IMG/VR virus record: IMGVR_UViG_3300037725_000018
Coordinates: 62,001 to 126,000 of that record
Length of the DNA stretch: 64,000 nt
Direction: 5' to 3' (one strand)
Position numbers and translations under genes: made by a program
Notes under the pieces: generated by a model
What the model was told of the DNA's origin: nothing
Seen by the model: the letters and a program-made list of their open reading frames with translations, nothing else
Database searches by the model: none
Part shown: positions 58,079 to 64,000 of the stretch, piece after piece
Layout: each line of letters begins with the position of its first letter
How positions within the stretch are numbered: the stretch's first letter is position 1

Positions 58079-58593
58079 TTAATATATAGGTCCAACGCCC
58101 GATTTTTTCAGTTTAATGAACGATCTCCCATTTGTATTCTCCAGAACAGGTCCTGCGTTTAAACGTTTTCAAAGAAAAACACGGAAGAGAAAGCCCAACC
58201 TTCTCGCAAGATTTTTTAATCCCGCTTCGAAACTTAGAAGGAACTGCTTTCCCGTTAACGTAATCCGGCTCTTTATGAAAGAAAAAACAGGTCCCGTCCT
58301 CGTCTACGCCAATGTATCTGTGCCAGCTTTCAATTTCTCTTTCAATTCCAAGTTCATTCATCGCATTTTTTCTTCTATTTTGCTAGAAAGTTTTGACTTT
58401 GAAACTTCAAACCCTCCAAGTCTAGTGTACCAGTCAAGCCCAATCTCACTGCTCAAAAGTCTTTTAGAAATCCTATACTTGTCGGGTTTGATAGGATCGG
58501 GCTTAATTAGATAATCGCCTTCAGAAGTGCCATTCAAAATAGCAGAGGAAACATCACCTTCTGAAATTTCTGTTCTTTCAATTATAATGAACA

Positions 58594-58944
58594 TCAAACC
58601 GCGTGTCTATTAGAATGAACATCGCCACCGCACTTCGGGCAAACAGGGTTTCCATCTTCGTCCCTATTTACGTCACCAGAATCAAACATCTGGTCCCAAC
58701 CGCAACGGCGATCCTCTTTTTTCACCTTTCGAATGTGTTTGCAATACCCGTTTTCGTCGGTGCCGTTTTGAAACTTATACGAACTACACGTGCAAGACCA
58801 ATCGTTTTGATACTTATCTTCCCGATGGTGATCGGGACCAAACTTCACCGTGTATGTCTTTGAAGAGCTTGAAGACTCTACTCCCGTAGAAAACGTTCGA
58901 GCCGTGTTGCAAGCCCACTTGTGAACAACCGTATTCGCTGGCAT
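58594..58944 (-). CDS. SWIM zinc-finger protein
   Basis: WSCTC...CKH plus CPKCG. Confidence 0.85.
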   Translation of the reverse strand: MPANTVVHKWACNTARTFSTGVESSSSSKTYTVKFGPDHHREDKYQNDWSCTCSSYKFQNGTDENGYCKHIRKVKKEDRRCGWDQMFDSGDVNRDEDGNPVCPKCGGDVHSNRHAV

Positions 58945-59064
58945 AGCTTAAAAAAGGTGTGTTTGTTCTCTTCTCTATTTCACTTTCTGTAACGGCGCAG
59001 GGTAAGTTTTGTTTCCTACTTTACAAAAACTTAATTCATGAAATTCATGGCTTCACCATTTAAG

Positions 59065-59709
59065 CTATTTATTAAGCTCGTTTGGTTCAACCTCTTTTCG
59101 AAGCCAATCTTCATCGGTTTGCACGTGATCGGGACGAACCCATTTCGCTAAATGCAGACTAAAGTCTTCAAAATCAAACCCCGAAACAGTTCGCATTACA
59201 TAACCCTCTACCGGATCTTCGGATGTTTCATTCAAACGCTTCTCGTTGAACTTTCGGATCTTACTTTCATCATACATCCCCCGCCAAATAACAGGGACGT
59301 GATTTAAATCCAAGAGGCCACACCACTCCACAGTTTTATCCCAACTTAGGCACTTGTTTTCTTCGTTCCAAATGGAAAACACGTAGAAGTATGAATCCAG
59401 ATTTTCATACTTGATGGAGTGTTTTGCGTACACGTTTTCCCCACAAATTCGCCACCCGTCCGGAAGTTGGTGCCCAACCCTTCCGGCTGTCTTTCCTGCC
59501 CATGTGCGGGAGGGGTGATACGGCGTCTGTAGGCTTCGTGCATGGTATTCGCCGTTGGAGTAGATGGTTGTGTTTTCACCGTCCATCTTCTCCGTTAAAA
59601 TGACTTCACGGCCTTCAAAAAAGCTAACGTCTTCATGGTAATCATCGTCTCTGTGCTTTTCAGGAGACCACGGAACGTGTTTGGTTGAAGGGTACTTTTG
59701 CTTTTTCAT
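59065..59709 (-). CDS. RNA ligase (Rnl2-like nucleotidyltransferase domain)
   Basis: KYPSTKHVPWS, TEKMDGEN, GEN, FYVFSIW, EGYV and AKWVR motifs. Confidence 0.88.
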   Translation of the reverse strand: MKKQKYPSTKHVPWSPEKHRDDDYHEDVSFFEGREVILTEKMDGENTTIYSNGEYHARSLQTPYHPSRTWAGKTAGRVGHQLPDGWRICGENVYAKHSIKYENLDSYFYVFSIWNEENKCLSWDKTVEWCGLLDLNHVPVIWRGMYDESKIRKFNEKRLNETSEDPVEGYVMRTVSGFDFEDFSLHLAKWVRPDHVQTDEDWLRKEVEPNELNK

Positions 59710-59875
59710 GGGTCTAACTTTAAAATGAGCCTTCTTACTACTTCGGGTTTTTGTGTTGAAGCTTCTCTGTTGCAAATGTAAACCGAATCCGTGTCGTATG
59801 TAAAAAACTTCGTGGCAACGGACTTGTTCCTAGCAACAACAACGATCATGTTATTTAAATTTCAACCAGACACTT

Positions 59876-59909
59876 AAAAAAATGGGGGCAAGCTTTTTGG
59901 CTTGCCCCC
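59876..59909 (-). terminator. Rho-independent terminator
   Basis: GGGGGCAAGC...GCTTGCCCCC followed by ATTTTTTT. Confidence 0.75.
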
Positions 59910-59937
59910 GGTATTGATTCAAATGTTTGGCGCGTTT

Positions 59938-61035
59938 TTAAAGGCCAAACGGATTCGGAACGACGTTTTCGCAATCAAGAGTCTTCTTTTCAAGAAGATC
60001 CCCGGCTCGGCGTTGAAGCCGCACTTGATCTCCGTCCGCAATATTGAATCCATCGGACGTGTAATCGTGACTTGCAAACCGGGTAATCCCGTTAATCACG
60101 TCCCAAACGGACACGTCGGTTAGAGCGTTCTTACGTTGCGTGATCGACATGTCCCGAACGTTTGGAGAGTTATCAAGGGAAGCATATGCGTCTCGAATGT
60201 GGGCAACCGGAATAAGCTTTTCAACCACCGCATTCGGCCCGTCCTCTGCCTTGTATTCATTAATAAGGCTTCGGGACTTCATTACTTCGTCCACGCTTGC
60301 GCGTGTGTTTGCGGCCCGGTCAATGTAATCGGGCAGGTCCTCTCGAATGAAGCCGTTTTGGGCTAGGGTGTCAAACTTCTCGAAGAAGCTTTCCATGTTG
60401 CGGTCGTCAAGCCCGGAAATGCTGTAATCGGAATCGTACGTTCCGATAAGCTGGTTAGTACACCACAGCCGCTCAATTTGCGGGAGAAACTTCATTTCTC
60501 CACGGTCCATCATGAACGTCATTCCCGTACTAAACATTTCATCTTCCATGCCTTGAAAACCTGTAAGGTCAAGCTGTTTGTTTGCCTTCACGCTAACAGC
60601 GACCTTATTGCTTCCCGCAAGAAAATTGTTGTCGAAAAGGTCAAGCCCGTAACGGTCCATCATACGCTCTACAAGGTCGAAAAACCCTTCGGCGGTAATG
60701 TGATTCATGTCCGTGCTAAAACCGGACACAGACCCGTTCTTGCGGTCAAGAGCAACGGACACGTTAAGGCCCTTCTTGTTTGCAAGCCCGGAACGAAGTG
60801 CCCGGATAAGGCCAACACGTGCGTCGTCTCCAAGGACCTCTTCAACGTGATTTCCAAACTTGTTGGACATACCAACAATGTCGTGAAGATCCTCTACGGC
60901 AGACCGTTCCATTTGAAGGTTCTTGCCTTCAACCGAAACAGAGTTTAGACTTTCAAGATCAACATTTGAAAGCTCTGTTTCGTAGTATACAGGCTGCTCG
61001 TCAATTGCGGTTTGCTTAAAGCTGGAGTAATCCAT
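59938..61035 (-). CDS. DUF932-like protein
   Basis: RLWCTN motif and SVWDVINGITRFASH. Confidence 0.6.
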   Translation of the reverse strand: MDYSSFKQTAIDEQPVYYETELSNVDLESLNSVSVEGKNLQMERSAVEDLHDIVGMSNKFGNHVEEVLGDDARVGLIRALRSGLANKKGLNVSVALDRKNGSVSGFSTDMNHITAEGFFDLVERMMDRYGLDLFDNNFLAGSNKVAVSVKANKQLDLTGFQGMEDEMFSTGMTFMMDRGEMKFLPQIERLWCTNQLIGTYDSDYSISGLDDRNMESFFEKFDTLAQNGFIREDLPDYIDRAANTRASVDEVMKSRSLINEYKAEDGPNAVVEKLIPVAHIRDAYASLDNSPNVRDMSITQRKNALTDVSVWDVINGITRFASHDYTSDGFNIADGDQVRLQRRAGDLLEKKTLDCENVVPNPFGL

Positions 61036-61079
61036 ATTGAAGTGTTTTGGTTTTGGGTTTCTTCGTTTAATGCACTAAG

Positions 61080-61108
61080 TTACACGCAGGCAAGAAGAGT
61101 TTTGTTTC
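61080..61108 (-). promoter_or_regulatory. Promoter of the G(G/A)AAC-N16/17 class
   Basis: GAAAC-N17-CGTGTAA upstream of the 61035 start. Confidence 0.65.
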
Positions 61109-61169
61109 ATGAAGAGTATGTGAAGGGTTGGCGGCTTTTATCACCAACCCTTCACCACATCTGTTTTAT

Positions 61170-62252
61170 TTAGTTGTTGTTCCACGTTCGACGTTCAAGC
61201 CCGTAACGGTCCACAAACTTTTGAACGTAGTATCGGGAAACGGATTCGGGAATGATTCCACGGTCCCGAAGTGCCCGGTGCGTTGCAGACACGTTGCCGT
61301 TGTTTTCGTTTAGAACCTCTCTCGCAACGTCTACGTCAAGGTCTTCCATAATGTCATACTCTTCCCCGCCCGTAGACGAACTTTCGTTAGAAGCGTTCTC
61401 TGAGGCTTGAGTGGACTCTCCATTTTCGGACGTTCCGTTAAGAAGGTCTTCAATGGAATCGAAGTTATTTTTCTTTTCGTTTCTCTTCCGCTCTTTTTCG
61501 GCAAATTCACGGGCTTCGTCGTGGGTTTTCTTTTTGTGCTCGTCAAACTCGATGCTACTGTTCGTGATTTGAAAATACAGCCGTTCGTTTCCGTTTCCAC
61601 GCCGATTTTTGTCAAACATCATATACCGTTCTTCCCCATCCCACCGAAGCATAAGGCTTGCGGTGATAAGGTGCTTTAGCATGTTTGACCCGGTAAATTC
61701 ACCGGACTTGTTTACCTGTTGGATAAGGCCGAAAGAAGTGTAGTACACATCCCCGTCTACTTCCACCCCTTCGGTCATGTCGTACATGAGGTTGATCAGA
61801 TTAAGAATCGTTGACTTTTTTGTGGACGTGTTCATCGAATAGGCAAATTCAAGAAACGCGGCCCAACTGTCAACGACCACATAATCATACCCTTTTTGAA
61901 GCTCTTCTTCAAAGTCTTCAACCGGGTTACTTCCGGTTCGTGTATCCACGTACCAAACAGGAATGTCCGCAAACTCCGGAAACCTACGTGTCATGTATGC
62001 CACGTCATTCTTCCGCATTTCAGCAGATACAAACAGGACATTATATCCCGCTTCATTCATGTTCGATAGCATGTCCATCGTAAACGTAGACTTTCCGATT
62101 CCCGGATCACCGAAAATCATCGTAACCGTTCCACGGGAAAGCCCACCATCTGCGGACAGGAAATCATCCAGAACATCATGCCCGGTCGAAAGAGGCTCCC
62201 AAAGCTTAGGATCAATCGTTTCATTCGAAATCTTCGTCGTCTCTACAGACAT
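61170..62252 (-). CDS. RecA-superfamily ATPase (RadA/Sms-like N-terminal domain) with C-terminal HTH
   Basis: GDPGIGKST, FVSAE, VVVDS, NKSGEFTGSNMLKH, KNR. Confidence 0.85.
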   Translation of the reverse strand: MSVETTKISNETIDPKLWEPLSTGHDVLDDFLSADGGLSRGTVTMIFGDPGIGKSTFTMDMLSNMNEAGYNVLFVSAEMRKNDVAYMTRRFPEFADIPVWYVDTRTGSNPVEDFEEELQKGYDYVVVDSWAAFLEFAYSMNTSTKKSTILNLINLMYDMTEGVEVDGDVYYTSFGLIQQVNKSGEFTGSNMLKHLITASLMLRWDGEERYMMFDKNRRGNGNERLYFQITNSSIEFDEHKKKTHDEAREFAEKERKRNEKKNNFDSIEDLLNGTSENGESTQASENASNESSSTGGEEYDIMEDLDVDVAREVLNENNGNVSATHRALRDRGIIPESVSRYYVQKFVDRYGLERRTWNNN

Positions 62253-62821
62253 AAAAGGACGTTGGCGTTTGTGATTGGTTGCTTTCTTTTAAATCCAATC
62301 TTTCAAACAAGCCTTTTTTAAAACAGTTCCGATTTCAAATGTGAAGCTTCTGTTTAGAAACTTAGGTTCGTTTAATCTTCATCATCTTCATTGTCGTCAT
62401 TTTGGGAGCGGCTTTTGTCATTTGCCATAGCCCGAAGCTTTTTTGAATCTTGCCTGCTCTTCCAATACTTCTTTTGACTTTCTTCAGAAGCGGTGCCTTT
62501 GAGCTTTTGCTTCATTTGATCGGTCTTCCCTTCTTTTTCTGCCTGCTCTTTTTTTTCTTTGAACTTATCAAAAAAATCTGACATTATACTACGTTACATG
62601 TTTTTAGATGTTATTTTATCAATTTAAAAGTAAATTTTCTCTCTGTATGCGGCTTCTAATAGCATATACTCGTTGAGAATATGTATACTTTACTTTGTCA
62701 TTTATATATTTTGAATTAATTGTGAAGAAGAATATACTTCTTTCTCTAAGACTTAATATTTCAAGGTCTGGGAACTCGCTGGATTCATTTTCAGTTAGTA
62801 TAACAATAGCCATCGCTGTTA

Positions 62822-63280
62822 TTAGCCATATCTGTTTTTAATTTTGTCTTTAAGCCCAAGACCACGGTTTACATCCACGATCATGTTTCTGACTCGACCC
62901 GAATGGTTTTTCCATCCGGGCTTTTCGGTGTCTTCACCATTGAAGATTTTTTGAATAGCAAACGCGGTTGCCGGGGACCTGCTTTGCCCCGCTTGACAAT
63001 GAACGAAAATATTTTCAGCTTGTGCTTTGTGTTTGTTTACAAAATCAAGAATCTTTCGGGCGTGATACTTTTGAATTGGAAGAAAACGCCCACCAAAGTC
63101 GTCTTCGGAATCGTGAAAGCTTACATAGAGAACGTCCACAAACGCTTCTTCATTAAGGCTGGCGTTTTCAATATCCGGAGAAGATATAGAAATCATAATC
63201 GTATTCAACGGAACGTCTTCTTTTGTTAGACGTTCTGCTTCTCCACGATTAAAAACCCGGATACTTTTAAACTTTTTCAT
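62822..63280 (-). CDS. Dual-specificity/tyrosine protein phosphatase
   Basis: HCQAGQSRS (CX5R) and FHD general-acid loop. Confidence 0.88.
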   Translation of the reverse strand: MKKFKSIRVFNRGEAERLTKEDVPLNTIMISISSPDIENASLNEEAFVDVLYVSFHDSEDDFGGRFLPIQKYHARKILDFVNKHKAQAENIFVHCQAGQSRSPATAFAIQKIFNGEDTEKPGWKNHSGRVRNMIVDVNRGLGLKDKIKNRYG

Positions 63281-63329
63281 AGAATATAGACATTAATATT
63301 TGAATTGAAAACAGATAAAAATTTTATAG

Positions 63330-63743
63330 TGGACCCGGCGGGATTCGAACCCGCGTCCGCAGCACCTTTGCAACATCGGTTGTCACAGTCTTAGAATGGT
63401 CTTTATTTTTGACCGACAGACTATTGTATTAGACCACACAAAAGTTTGTGGGTTTTATTTCAACCCGCTATCGGACTTGTTTTACGTTCTGCCTACCAAG
63501 CAAAACAAGTTGAAGCCCAGTAGGAATATCCGATGGTGTGTGCCTTACTCTCTATCGGAGTCGAGAAGTAAGGCTGCAGTTACGCCGCAAGAGAAGCGCC
63601 GAAGTGCTCCTCCATGTTGACGCCTGCAGGAACGCGGTTAACGTTGCCAAGTATTGATTCCGTCAGTTATTTTATGCCCACCTAACGGTAAGGGCAGACT
63701 GCCGACCTTGCTCCGCGTGCTACGTCGAAGCCGTGTCAGGCCC
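63330..63743 (-). ncRNA. ssrA: tmRNA
   Basis: 5' GGGCCTGACACGGCTTCGAC, 3' GGACGCGGGTTCGAATCCCGCCGGGTCCA, G3:U70; tag frame 63648-63580 GNVNRVPAGVNMEEHFGASLAA*. Confidence 0.92.
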
Positions 63744-63884
63744 ATTATGTGAAAGAACCAAGAGGGATTAGACCTTACCGAAACTGAATCGGGGTTGCCC
63801 CTTTGCCTCTTTTTGCGTGTAACTAAATGGTGCTGAAAACAAGTTGTTCCCCGCGAAATAAATCTTCATAGAACCTTTAAAGAG

Positions 63885-63956
63885 TGGAGGATAGGGGAAT
63901 CGAACCCCTAACTCTGCCGTGCAAAAGCAGCGTGTTTCCGTTAGCACCAATCCCCC
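63885..63956 (-). tRNA. tRNA-Ala(TGC), second copy
   Basis: G3:U70, loop TTTGCAC. Confidence 0.88.
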
Positions 63957-64000
63957 ATGTCAAAACTTAATACCAGAAAAAACCGTTACATAGATGATCA

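Noticed and set aside
718-63620. Numerous plus-strand ORFs in the track
   Set aside because: They are antisense shadows of minus-strand genes with no recognisable motifs. Only the HNH at 17298-17828 is a credible plus-strand gene.

Overview
This is a 64-kb segment of a large lytic myovirus. Almost all genes are on the minus strand, and the sequence is moderately AT-rich by eye. Acidic proteins and a PID-CTERM surface protein suggest a halophilic Bacteroidota/Rhodothermota (Salinibacter-like) host, which is an inference. 1-12 kb holds baseplate and virion genes (gp6-, gp25- and gp5-like), a HiPIP-like Fe-S protein and paralogues sharing an N-terminal MIxFxDLLxE leader. 12-17 kb holds a sigma-like factor, a GIY-YIG nuclease and a DNA methyltransferase. 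17-64 kb is an RNA-centred accessory region. It contains 41 intact tRNA genes covering all 20 amino acids, a tmRNA, a CCA-adding enzyme, two RNA ligases, a TrmH methylase, a Ro60-like DUF2828/vWA protein and several likely counter-defence enzymes. The most striking signals are non-coding. (i) Four RNAs share a stem plus an (U/C)(A/G)CAGCA motif, and three of them carry circularly permuted tRNA domains (Y-RNA-like, candidate partners of the DUF2828 protein). (ii) A free-standing RNA mimics the 23S rRNA L11-binding/GTPase-associated centre. (iii) Two independent cassettes, each an HNH gene plus an intact same-anticodon tRNA, split a resident tRNA at its anticodon loop. (iv) Two tandem long-stem RNAs share an identical 33-nt core. 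Several further structured RNAs are also present. All folds and family calls were made by eye, without database searches.
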